NCBI GenBank assembly: GCA_036339465.1
Contig: JAYZAY010000007.1
Location: 1-20,724 of the forward strand
DNA length: 20,724 bases
From: Myxococcota bacterium
Lineage (GTDB): Bacteria; Myxococcota; XYA12-FULL-58-9; JABJBS01
Direction: 5' to 3'
This document shows, piece after piece, positions 7,147 to 17,300 of this stretch. Positions within the stretch are counted from its first letter, which is position 1; each line of letters begins with the position of its first letter. Under the pieces are notes generated by a model. The model made no database searches. It worked only from the letters and a program-made list of their open reading frames with translations, and was not told the DNA's origin. Position numbers and translations under genes: made by a program.

Positions 7147-7440
7147 GAATCAGGTTTTACGCCGTCGCACGGTTCTTTTGCGCTCACAAAAACGCGTCTT
7201 GGGCTCGGCTTTAATCAAATTGATTGCTAAAGTGTCCCCTCTTCGAAGTCCATTGGATCCAAGCTGAGCAGCCCAATGGGCAATTGTCCAATTGCTTCCG
7301 CCAGAACGAAGCGGCGAACTTGAATTATCCTTAACCAAATGAAGTAAGAAACTCCGCCGTGCTCTTATATTGCGTTCTAAAGGAGATTTATCTGACAAAG
7401 AAATAGGATTTCCCATGACGAGACTGTGAACACCAGCCAC

Positions 7441-8046
7441 TCATACTCCGAGAAGACATCCAAGCTCTTTGACGGAATCCACCACCGGCGCCCATTTACG
7501 TAGTCGCTCCACCGAATGATGCCCCCAGCTAACGCCAATAGCCTTAACACCCGCGTTATGAGCCATTTCCAGGTCGTAGGTGGTGTCACCGACCATCACT
7601 AGGTCGTCGGTCCCTGAAGCTTGCATGATGGCGTGTAACAAATCGGGATTTGGTTTGGGGCGGGGCACGGAATTGCCTCCAAGAACAATCTCAAACCGAT
7701 CCGCCAAGCCAAATTGGTTCACAACCCGCTCAGCCCCCCGCTGACTCTTGCCGGTGGCCACCGCCGCGCGAAAAGGCCGGGCTAATAGGTCGGCTATGCC
7801 ATCAAAAAGCCGCTCCTGATGGGCCGCCTTCACGTAGGCTTGGGAATAAACTTCCGCCAATGCCTCGGGATCCTGGTCGGGTCCGAGTCTTTGCATCGTT
7901 TCCACCAATGACAAACCGATAAGCTCGAGGATGGCCTCAGGAGGCGGACACGGCACGCCCACACTGGCCCAAGTAACTTGATGGGCTTCCAGTAAAGGAC
8001 GGGTCGAATCGACTACCGTGCCATCTAAATCGAATACTGCCAGCAT
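7441..8046 (-). CDS. HAD-IA family hydrolase (phosphoglycolate phosphatase-like)
   Basis: Motif I FDLDGTVVDS, motif II ATGK, motif III KPNP, motif IV MVGDTTYDLEMA..AG...IGVSWG. Confidence 0.93.
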   Translation of the reverse strand: MLAVFDLDGTVVDSTRPLLEAHQVTWASVGVPCPPPEAILELIGLSLVETMQRLGPDQDPEALAEVYSQAYVKAAHQERLFDGIADLLARPFRAAVATGKSQRGAERVVNQFGLADRFEIVLGGNSVPRPKPNPDLLHAIMQASGTDDLVMVGDTTYDLEMAHNAGVKAIGVSWGHHSVERLRKWAPVVDSVKELGCLLGV

Positions 8047-8350
8047 GAACGCCCCTTACCCTTTCAACCTCCACCAAATCAAGGCCCTCGGTTCTGAGAA
8101 AAGGCCTTTAAAATAGCCAAGAGAAGCTGTGTCGCCATGGAGTAATTGTTCCCCAAGCAGGAGACATCCGCACTTTTAATCTGGATTTTCGCACCCAAAG
8201 TGGGAACCGTTGAACGCGGCTCCCACCTTATACCAACCCCCATCCCCATGCCCCGATTTCTCTCTACTCGACAATTCGGTGGTCTTGTTATTGTCGTATC
8301 ACCGTGCTAACTCCGCCAGCCCCGCAAAACCAGAAGAAGAGGAAAATAAC

Positions 8351-9070
8351 ATGTTTACCCGAACATCTTTACTATTAGCGGCCCTATGCTCTTTAGCCTG
8401 TGGTCCTGAAACCACTGAACCCAGCATTGTCAACGGTGCCAACACCGATGCCCAAGCGATTCGTGATATAGCCGGTGGTGGTCGCATTAAAGGTCGAATC
8501 AAAGTAGGACAAGCCCAAGAAGGCCGCACTCGAACTCAGGACTTCTGGCGCCTAACACTCTCACAAACCACCGACCTATGGATCGAACTCAATGCCTTTG
8601 ACGACGGAGATACCTATCTTGAACTCTATAAGAAAAACGGACCTCGTTGGCGAAAACTAGCCACCAACGATGACTGTGACGATTACACCTACGACGCCTG
8701 CCTAGGAAAGCAACTGCGGCGCGGCAGATATCTTCTTAAAGCCACCAGTTATGAATGGGTCAAAGAAGGTTCAAACAGTCTCACCACCTATGAATTGGCA
8801 GTCTACGGCAACAGCGAGGAGGAAGAGGAATTCGAAACTGGGCCTTGTGGCACTCCCGGTGGCATCACCTGTGGACCGAGAAAATATTGCCACTTTACGA
8901 TTCGCGACCAGTGCGGAAGGACAAACCGCGGTGGTAAGTGCCAAGAAAAACGTCAGGCTTGCACCCGTGATTATCGCCCCGTATGTGGATGCAACGGCAG
9001 AACTTACTCCAACAAATGTATGGCCAATAGCCAGGGAGCTTCGGTTGAATCAAACGGTCGCTGCCGATAA
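8351..9070 (+). CDS. Lipoprotein with a PPC-like (pre-peptidase C-terminal) domain and a C-terminal Kazal-type protease inhibitor domain
   Basis: Start at 8351 follows GAGGA and gives signal MFTRTSLLLAALCSLAC (lipobox-like SLAC). PPC-like segment D.W.LTL...DTYLELY...LATNDD...L..GRYLL. Kazal segment CTRDYRPVCGCNGRTYSNKC...G.SV...GRC. Confidence 0.85.
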   Translation: MFTRTSLLLAALCSLACGPETTEPSIVNGANTDAQAIRDIAGGGRIKGRIKVGQAQEGRTRTQDFWRLTLSQTTDLWIELNAFDDGDTYLELYKKNGPRWRKLATNDDCDDYTYDACLGKQLRRGRYLLKATSYEWVKEGSNSLTTYELAVYGNSEEEEEFETGPCGTPGGITCGPRKYCHFTIRDQCGRTNRGGKCQEKRQACTRDYRPVCGCNGRTYSNKCMANSQGASVESNGRCR

Positions 9071-9602
9071 TCGTTTCGTTTCGGCTAAAGGGTAGCTCAC
9101 ACAGAAGTATGGGCACCAATCCGCCCCAAAAGTCCCTCCTAGAATATAAGCAACCTAGAAGACATCCACACCCAACACATCCGCCGGTCCCGCACTATTC
9201 CATTTTTAATGCAATACTTGGCGTGTTTCTTCTCCTTCGATATCATCGCCTAGAAGAAGCTCTAGATGACCCTTGGTAAGCAAGTCGGCAAAACACATGA
9301 AGGAGATTCTCAAGTTGCTTGCGGGATTTGGATTCCATTAAAACACCGGGAACCCCGCTTTTCAGAGTCGTCGCGCAGATAAAAAATGCCCTTCTCAAAG
9401 AAATTTTGGCGCACGATAGCCTTCTACATACATCGCGGGCGCCCCTCTAGACAGACGATTTATCCGAAGTAGGATCGCTTAGGAGACTCATTCTGGAAAA
9501 TAATCATTTTCTTGTACACCAAAAGCGTATGCAAGTGTAGGCCCTCTAAGATTTGTTTCCCCAAAAAAACTCTCTGGATAAGTATTAGGAGCTCCGTTAC
9601 TG

Positions 9603-12065
9603 ATGTCTCGCTATTTTCTCGTTCTCGTTTTACTCTTAATTTTCTTGTCCGGATGTTTCGCTCTAAATAATGCATCAAGTGAATGCGATGATTGCAAATC
9701 AGCGACCACCTGCCATGAGAACAAGTGCAGGAATATCTGTTCAGAGAAGGAGAAATGCGCCACCAATGAAGCATGCATCAACAGCGTATGCCTGCCCTAT
9801 TCGGAAGCATGCCAAAAAGAATCCGATTGCCTGAGTGGTTTCTTTTGTTTCGACCACGCGTGCATCTCCAAATACTCCAATGGCAATAAATGCACCGCCA
9901 ATAAAATGTGCCAAAGCGATTTTTGCATCGATGGGTTCTGCTGCTCCGCCCAATGTTCCACATGCCAGAGCTGTAATCCTGCCCTTGCCAATGCCCCGTC
10001 TGGCCAGTGCCATCCGGTTAGTGATGGAAAAGACCCACGGGACGAATGTATCAATCAAACCTCCTGTGATGGACAAGGATCATGTTGGGCCTTGGGCATC
10101 GGACAAGAGTGTCACCACGACGAGCAATGCTTTGGTGGCTCTTGTGAACCCGCCACCAGCACCTGCCAAGCCGTGGTTTGTGGGGATGGAATCATCGGTA
10201 AAGGAGAAGCGTGTGACGATGGCAATACCGACACTGATGATGAGTGCATCGAATGTAATAACTCTTTTTGTGGAGACGGCTTTCTGCATAAAACCAATGA
10301 GACATGCGATGACGGCGCACTCAATTCAGATAAATATCAACGAACCTCTCATTGTAACGCCACGTGCACGGGTTTGGCCCCCTATTGCGGCGACAACAAT
10401 ACCAACGGGCCGGAAGAGTGTGATGACGGAGATAATATAGATGATGAATTATGCGATTTTGATTGCACTCTGCCGCAATGTCTAGATGGGCACCTTAATG
10501 TCTCATTTGGCGAGTCCTGCGATGATGGAATCCAAACCGCGAGATGCAACCACGACTGTAGCCCACAAAAGTGTGGAGATTTGAAACTCAATACCGCTGC
10601 AGGCGAGCAATGCGATGACGGAGACCAAGTCGATGATTCAATATGCGATTTTGATTGCAGTTTTAGAGAATGTGGGGACAAATACACCAACACCGTCTCC
10701 GGGGAAGAGTGTGACGACGGCAATGAAAGCAATACCGACAATTGCATCGAGTGCCAAAACGCCCGGTGCGGAGACGGTTACCTGCATTGGTCCACCGAGA
10801 CATGCGATGATGGCGATGACCTCAACGCCGACGATTGGGCCCCATCCATTAGAGAGGCACATTGCGACAAAGTTTGTTCCGGAATGGCTCCCCATTGCGG
10901 CGATGGCCTCGTCAATGGGAAAGAAGAATGTGACGACGGCGACAATCTAAACGATAAACTCTGCGACTTTAACTGCACGTTTTCAAAATGTGGGGACGGT
11001 GATATCAACACCGCGGCGGGGGAAGAATGTGATGACGGAAACACTTTAGACGATGAACGCTGCGACTTTGACTGCAGCTTGAGAGAATGTGGGGACAATT
11101 ACACCAACACCGAGGCAGGGGAAGAATGTGACGACGGCAACAACAACCTCAACGACAACTGCCCGAGTGGAGACGCTGGAACCTGTCAGCCAGCGTTCTG
11201 TGGGGACGGCTACATTTACAACCAAGAACAAGGGCAAGAGCTTTGTGATGAGGGATCGCTCAACGGCACCATACACAGTGCAGACGTCAGTTGTTCATCG
11301 GTCTGCACGCCCTATGTGACTGTGGGCGATCTCACCTTTTCATGGTCCGATGATCGAACAGCTACAAACCAAATACTCGATGCAGCAGAGCTCCAGCTAA
11401 CGCCGCTCATGGGTGGTGAATTTCAGAGAACTGTTGATTTTCTAAAGCGCAAAGACATTCGAATCATCGTTAAAGGGAACCTAAGCATTCGCGGCGCGCC
11501 ATCGGCACGCATCCCGATTCTAAGCCAAATTGCGAAGGTCACCGGTTATCTCGAAACAGGAGTTTACCAAAACGCTATGCTATTTATCCCGCGCCATAAT
11601 GCTATGGAAGAGGACAAACTCTGCGAATTGGACCTCTCCAATTTGCGGTATGTCGGTGCCTGGCTCAAGTTAGGGGGAAACCAAAATGTTTGGGAAAGCG
11701 GGATTAACGGTATTGCTTCAGTCACTTATGATTTCAAAAACCCGAACCTTAAAGTTGTTTACTTAAACAAATTGGAGCAGGTGGTTGCCGACCTAAACGC
11801 TGGAAAAATGGCGGCACTGAAGAGATTCCAGCTTTCAAGCACACTAGGGGACAGCGAATTACAAGCTTGTAGTATCGACTTTCAAATTAGGCCCTACTGT
11901 ATTTCGGGCTTAGGAGAAAGCGTTGCCGTCGCAAACAATCCTGATGAAAGAAGTAACTGTGACAAGGAACCACTCGATGGCCACAATAGACTGGATGCCT
12001 GCCCTGAAATTTTGCCGAGCTTATTTGGCCCCGAGCGAACCAATATTGATGATCTTTGTCCCTAA
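9603..12065 (+). CDS. Cys-rich repeat lipoprotein (myxobacterial DUF4215-type repeats) with an L-domain/LRR-like C-terminus
   Basis: Lipobox LSGC after a hydrophobic signal, N-terminal Cys-rich knots, and 11 CGD/CLD...E.CD[DE]G repeats. The C-terminal LDLSNLRYVGAWLKL / YLNKLEQVVADL segments resemble receptor-L-like repeats. AGGAG at 9587-9591. Confidence 0.85.
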   Translation: MSRYFLVLVLLLIFLSGCFALNNASSECDDCKSATTCHENKCRNICSEKEKCATNEACINSVCLPYSEACQKESDCLSGFFCFDHACISKYSNGNKCTANKMCQSDFCIDGFCCSAQCSTCQSCNPALANAPSGQCHPVSDGKDPRDECINQTSCDGQGSCWALGIGQECHHDEQCFGGSCEPATSTCQAVVCGDGIIGKGEACDDGNTDTDDECIECNNSFCGDGFLHKTNETCDDGALNSDKYQRTSHCNATCTGLAPYCGDNNTNGPEECDDGDNIDDELCDFDCTLPQCLDGHLNVSFGESCDDGIQTARCNHDCSPQKCGDLKLNTAAGEQCDDGDQVDDSICDFDCSFRECGDKYTNTVSGEECDDGNESNTDNCIECQNARCGDGYLHWSTETCDDGDDLNADDWAPSIREAHCDKVCSGMAPHCGDGLVNGKEECDDGDNLNDKLCDFNCTFSKCGDGDINTAAGEECDDGNTLDDERCDFDCSLRECGDNYTNTEAGEECDDGNNNLNDNCPSGDAGTCQPAFCGDGYIYNQEQGQELCDEGSLNGTIHSADVSCSSVCTPYVTVGDLTFSWSDDRTATNQILDAAELQLTPLMGGEFQRTVDFLKRKDIRIIVKGNLSIRGAPSARIPILSQIAKVTGYLETGVYQNAMLFIPRHNAMEEDKLCELDLSNLRYVGAWLKLGGNQNVWESGINGIASVTYDFKNPNLKVVYLNKLEQVVADLNAGKMAALKRFQLSSTLGDSELQACSIDFQIRPYCISGLGESVAVANNPDERSNCDKEPLDGHNRLDACPEILPSLFGPERTNIDDLCP

Positions 12066-12305
12066 GAAACAGCACCGTGTATCTCAGACTCCACACAAAT
12101 AAGTATTTTGGGAAAGCTCCTTTTCACCTCGGCCTTGTGTTATCTAGACCTGTCTCTAGGGACATTTTAAGGAAATCCTACGAGATTTAATGCAGACTCT
12201 TTTCAGAAAGTCGTAAAAAGACATACGAAAAAAACATAAGATAAAAAAAGACTTAGAAGCATCTAAGGGGATGAGGTTGGTGCGCTGTGGCGGGTGCGTG
12301 TGCCA

Positions 12306-13166
12306 TCAGGACCGCTGTTTAAGAAACTTCGAAACAAACACCGCCAAACCCCAAAGAAACACTCCCACCATGGTTTGTGACGGGCCCACCGGAAAATCAT
12401 AGAGAAAAGCTAAAACATAGCCGAAAAATCCACATCCCCCCCCTACCCCGGCGGCTAGAATCATCGCTCGTGGAATATTGGAAGCCAAACCAATCGCGGC
12501 CATGGCCGGAAAAACACTGAACGCAAAGGAAGGCAATGCGCCCAATACCCTCGTGCATACGGAAACGGAGAGAGCAATGGTCAACATGAGGATGAACTTA
12601 AGCGCCTGGACAGGCATGCCCCGCACCTCAGACGTGCTCTCATCGTAAGTGACTTCCACAAATCCACGCCACCACCAAAGATGTAATCCCAAAATAAGAA
12701 CGCCAAAAATCAGGACCGTTTGAAAATCTTCGGGTAGCACCGCCACCGAACTCCCAAAGAGTAGGGTTTGAACATCATGCAGTTCTTCGACGATTTTGGA
12801 CGCCACCATCAAGGTACCTGCTGATCCCACCAAAAAGATGAGGCCCAGCATGCTGTCGCGGTGGGTTCGGTCACTTTCTCGATTGCTCCAAATCAGGCCC
12901 AAACAGGAAATGCTCAATATTGAGGCCCCCATGGTGGGTGAGGCAACAATCGCTGCGACCCCAAAATAGGCTTGGGCCGCATAGGCGAGGGTCACCCCAA
13001 ACCCCGCTACTTGAGAAAGGGCCGCCGATAAAAACACCATTCTTCCAAGCACGATATAAACCCCCAGGAATCCAAGCAAGATCCCTGCAAGCGTACCCGT
13101 CAGCACCGAGTCCTGAAAAAGGGGCCAAGCGTCCCAAAAGGCATTCATATCAGTGGTCGCAGTCAT
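12306..13166 (-). CDS. Metal (Zn/Mn/Fe) ABC transporter permease, ZnuB/ABC-3 family
   Basis: GFLGVYIVLGRMVFLSAALSQVAGFG, LLFGS and DE..S.V.GMPV motifs with multiple TM helices. Start placed at 13166 (GAGGAG at 13171-13176, overlapping the ATPase end) rather than 13241; 13148 is an alternative. Confidence 0.9.
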   Translation of the reverse strand: MTATTDMNAFWDAWPLFQDSVLTGTLAGILLGFLGVYIVLGRMVFLSAALSQVAGFGVTLAYAAQAYFGVAAIVASPTMGASILSISCLGLIWSNRESDRTHRDSMLGLIFLVGSAGTLMVASKIVEELHDVQTLLFGSSVAVLPEDFQTVLIFGVLILGLHLWWWRGFVEVTYDESTSEVRGMPVQALKFILMLTIALSVSVCTRVLGALPSFAFSVFPAMAAIGLASNIPRAMILAAGVGGGCGFFGYVLAFLYDFPVGPSQTMVGVFLWGLAVFVSKFLKQRS

Positions 13167-13926
13167 GACACTCCTCAGGATCGGGTATCGGGCCAAAGCG
13201 ATCTTCCACCACACTTCGGAGCAACCGACCAAAGTGTTCATGGACCTCGTGGTGAACTGCCACGTCGCGAATATCTCCTTCGATGATGAGCTGGTGCTCT
13301 CGATCTAAGAGCAACGCATGGGTGGCCACAGAAGCCATCCCCATAAGATTGTGGCTGACCAACACCACCGAAAGATTCCGTTCCTTTCGAAGTCGGTTTA
13401 GGAGTTCTAACATCTCCATTTCCGTTTGGTTGTCCATGGCGCTGGTGGGTTCATCCAGCACCAAAAGATTGGGATTACATACCAAAGCCCGGGCCATGAG
13501 AACGCGCTGCTTTTGACCTTCGCTCAACTCGGCAAGCTGTTGCCGAGCGATGTCATGGATGCGGGTTTGTTCCATGGCCAAATCGATGGTTTCCTTTTCA
13601 CGATAGGTATGAAGGGGATCAACAAACGACCAACCCCTAGCAGCGCCCCCCCGAACCACGTCAATGGCCCGGGCAGGCATGGTCAAATCTAGACTCATTC
13701 GCTGAGGGACGTAGCCCACGCGGAGTTCGCTCTGCTCAACGATCTCGCCACCTAGCTTTGGTAGCAACCCCAACATCGTTTTAAGCAGGGTGGATTTTCC
13801 ACTACCATTGGAACCCGCAATGCCCCACAATTGCCCAAACTCGATTTGCGCGGAAATCGAAGGCAAAATCGGCCGGCCCATATAGCCAACCTCCAAATCT
13901 TGTAAGTGCAAAAGAGTGTTTGTCAT
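13150..13926 (-). CDS. Metal ABC transporter ATP-binding protein, ZnuC-like
   Basis: Walker A GSNGSGKS, Q-loop GYVPQ, signature LSEGQKQR, Walker B LLVLDEP and H-loop VSH. Confidence 0.95.
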   Translation of the reverse strand: MTNTLLHLQDLEVGYMGRPILPSISAQIEFGQLWGIAGSNGSGKSTLLKTMLGLLPKLGGEIVEQSELRVGYVPQRMSLDLTMPARAIDVVRGGAARGWSFVDPLHTYREKETIDLAMEQTRIHDIARQQLAELSEGQKQRVLMARALVCNPNLLVLDEPTSAMDNQTEMEMLELLNRLRKERNLSVVLVSHNLMGMASVATHALLLDREHQLIIEGDIRDVAVHHEVHEHFGRLLRSVVEDRFGPIPDPEECHDCDH

Positions 13927-14319
13927 CTCGACTCTTTGATTGTTTTCCCGTGATGGTTATCCGAGCTATTTACCTCACTATCTTGCGTTACTCTAGACTG
14001 AATTTGGAGAAATTAGAAGCGCACATACTAAACGGTGCAAAGAAAAGGTAGCAACCAAACGACTCAAAAAACGAGCACAGGCAACCAAGCCAACCCCGCT
14101 TCGAACAAACAAAGATTGCGGCTTGCCGCTTCTAAGAAGAACCGCCCCTAAGCCACATTTCTTCTGAGAAACCATAAACTTGATACGTTTCACGACCCAT
14201 TTAGACTCAATAATTAAAGACAAGAATCCGTGAAAATCGTAACCGATCCCAATAGACCCTTGACTGAGAAACACCAGCACACCGCTAAATTGGTGACTCG
14301 GGCAAAAACCTGGGCTAAA

Positions 14320-17300
14320 TTAGTTTACAAAATCACACCCCAACGTGCACTCGGCGACAAGACCATTACTGAATTCGCCCACACAGGCTCCGCACATATT
14401 GTAGTCCCGCCCATTCACCGTCAAAAAGCACCCCGAAGTGGCGGTGCGGTCGCAATGGTTTTCGCATTCGCTGGTGGTCGACCCATCGAACTTTAAATAG
14501 CACGCATTGCGGCAAGACAATTGCTGATTGCACGACACATCGGTCTCACTATTTTGAAAACCTGAATCGATGCAGTAGTTCAAACAAGCATCAAATTTGT
14601 TTTGACGAACTTCCACCTCGGGGTCGTAAAAACAATCGTAGGTGAAACCATTTCCTATTTGGGGATCAAGCGGCAACATTTCTTGCCCATTTAAGAGAAT
14701 AGGCGGTGTTATCTGCGAATCTTCTGGGATTGAGTCCAACGGGGTTACCTTATATTTGTACGGCCAAACCGGGCTATACCCATTCACAAAAGGCGTCACA
14801 TCATCGATTTCCACAGGCGGAGTCGGAACCGGCAAAAGATAAATAGTGGACTCCCGTCCCTCGGGGGTTTCAATCATCACATTCTCCACTTTACGCCCGG
14901 GGATCTTGTAGTATTGAGGACGGTTGGCTCGAACCTCCTCGCCTTCTGTCCCCGAGTCCACCACGACTATGCGAGACGAAAAGAATCGAGCATCCTCTTT
15001 GCACATTTGATTAAACCCAATCGCGTAGCTTGTATCGGGATAGAGGTAAGGAGCAACCTCAAATTCAAGCCCTATCTCGTAGCGAGATCCGCCAGGAACC
15101 GAGGCAATCCGAATAGCATTATAAGCGAAACTACCTGGATTGGTTAAGGCAGGGCTATCTTCCCAAACGCCGTTGGTTCCGGTAGAAGCATCTAAATCGA
15201 GTTGAACTTTCAGGCTGTCTGGTGTGCAATTAGGGCCGCTGTTGGTGGTGCACCACTTTTCAATATTATCAAAAGGTTGCTGCTCTCGGTCGTAATAATG
15301 ATGTCCTAGCTTAGGCCAATCCCAAGTCACAATATGAGCGGCGTAATTGCCAAAAAGGTCGCCTAAATCTTGATTTTCTTGCGCCAAATAAAAGCGCATT
15401 TTTTGCAAAGTACTGCCTGGCGTCTCATCGGTATCCGCTGCAAGACGCCCTATCAAATACGGCTTTGCTGCGTAATGACTCACAAAGGTCCACCAAACAT
15501 TTAGGCCATAGAAACGAGCCCCTAAAGCGAGGTCGCCGATATTACGGCCATGGTAAGGCTGCGGGTATTTCAGAACATGCATCTCATTTAGAGAATCCCA
15601 TCGACCCTCCATTGCCAATGGCACCATAGGAAAATAGGTAAGCCCAGAATTCATCCATGATTTTGCACCCGCAAAAAGGTAGTACGCCATGATTTCCGCG
15701 AAGGACTCCCCTGAGATGCCTCGAATGTAGTGATTCAATTTATTATAGGTGCGCATAATCGTGAAATGAGCGGCATGGCCATGCTCATGAACCGGTCGCT
15801 GCCAGCCCGAGTAAAGATCCACATCATACGAATCCCACCGAGTCCATCCCCCGCTTTCCGCTATCTTTCGATGGTCGGCCGACGTTGGCTCGTTTGGAAA
15901 ATCTTCGGGCAACCAATTGAAGCCCTGAAATAAATCTGTGACGTATTTACAAGGGTTATTGTAGTTACGGGGCTCGCCACAGGTTGCTGGATCAGCACAG
16001 AGATTGCTTTCGGGCGTATAGTTTCGGTAGGTGTTCTTCGAATTCTCAGGAGCAAGAGCCCGAGTATCCACATAGGGGATGAAATCCATCTCAAAAAACA
16101 TCTGCTCATGCCATCTATCCCAAAAACCCACCATGCGCCTGAGGTTATCGAGGAAGCTCGGGTCCGTGGGAGGAAACGTATCACCTTCAGGGATCCACAT
16201 GGTGACGTAGACCCCACTGGAAAAACTTTGAGTCGCGTGGTTGGGCACAATAGCGTAGCCCCCCATTCCCCAGGAATAACGCCGATTGGATTTTGGGTAC
16301 CCGTCAGCAATAGCGTAATCACCGGCGTTGCTGCAGCGTTTGCCTATCTCGTCGATTTCAGAAGGCGTGAGCTTGCGGTTATTGCCATAGAGCCGAACGT
16401 CCCAAATCTTGGCATTGGCGGCGCCCACTTGCATCACCTCTAATGGAGTCGCGCTTGATGCGACGTGATTGGCGACCGTACTCATTCGCAAACCCGGAAT
16501 GGTTGTCGCGATGCTGCCTAAATAAACCGTGGCGTCTTCATTATCGGATAAAACCAGAGTAAATTGATTGCATTGATAATTTTTGACCGTGGCGGAAAAA
16601 GCGGTTTCCCCTCCAATGCTGTGAGTCACATCGCCGACCACCAAGGAGAGAGCGTCGTTGTTCAACTGCGCCCGGATGCCCAGACCCTCAAAGAGCGTGC
16701 CGCTCATGGTAGGAGGATCCATGTCCCAAACATGCATGAATTTAAACGCGAACGTAAGCCCTTGGGATTGGGAAATGCGGTCTATGTCCAGCGAGGTTTT
16801 GGCCGTCACTGAAAGGGTCTTGTTGGTAAAATCGGTTCGGCTCGTAAAATTCCCCAGAGATTCATTTTGGATCTCGCTCATGGCAATACTTGCGGTAAAT
16901 TGGCTGGTGGGGTTCAGGCCGCGGGTGGAGGTGCGGGGCGCCAAATTCGACCAAGTCACGCTTAGGGGCAAGAAAATCTCTAAGTCGTTATCGTAGGCAC
17001 TCTCGCCATGAAAGTTGTGCGCCTCACATTTGCACTCCCCCGAAGCTAAACAGCGATGCACCGGATCAGCCCGGCAAACCCCTTTGTTTTTGATGGTTCG
17101 CATCCAACTGCACCCCTTCGTGCTTACACACAAATGATGCTTCGAAATGTCTTTACAAGACGACACCGGAAACTGCCCGGGAATATAAAGCGGCTTGGCA
17201 TATTCAAGGAAATAGGGCGAGCTGCTGACGGTTTCGCAACTTCCGTCGTCACCTGTGGCATCGAGGTTATAATTCAAAGCCCTTGGATTCGTGCAGCCCA

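Noticed and set aside
7150..7440. 96-aa minus-strand ORF immediately after the HAD gene
   Set aside because: No RBS or motif and atypical composition. More likely spacer between convergent genes, though it cannot be fully excluded.
7441..8046. HAD hydrolase as part of the RiPP cluster
   Set aside because: It is on the opposite strand, convergent, ~300 bp away, and looks like a generic housekeeping phosphatase.
8210..8350. Longer TTG-started N-terminus for the Kazal lipoprotein
   Set aside because: The ATG at 8351 has an RBS and places the signal peptide at the N-terminus.
9405..9422. Sigma-54-like TTGGCGCACGATAGC upstream of the DUF4215 gene
   Set aside because: The GG-to-GC spacing is 9 nt, not the required 10.
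13153..13176. C-terminal EECHDCDH of the ABC ATPase as a metal-sensing motif
   Set aside because: Plausible for ZnuC-like proteins, but these codons double as the permease RBS and start (GAGGAG…ATG), so the sequence alone cannot separate the two explanations.
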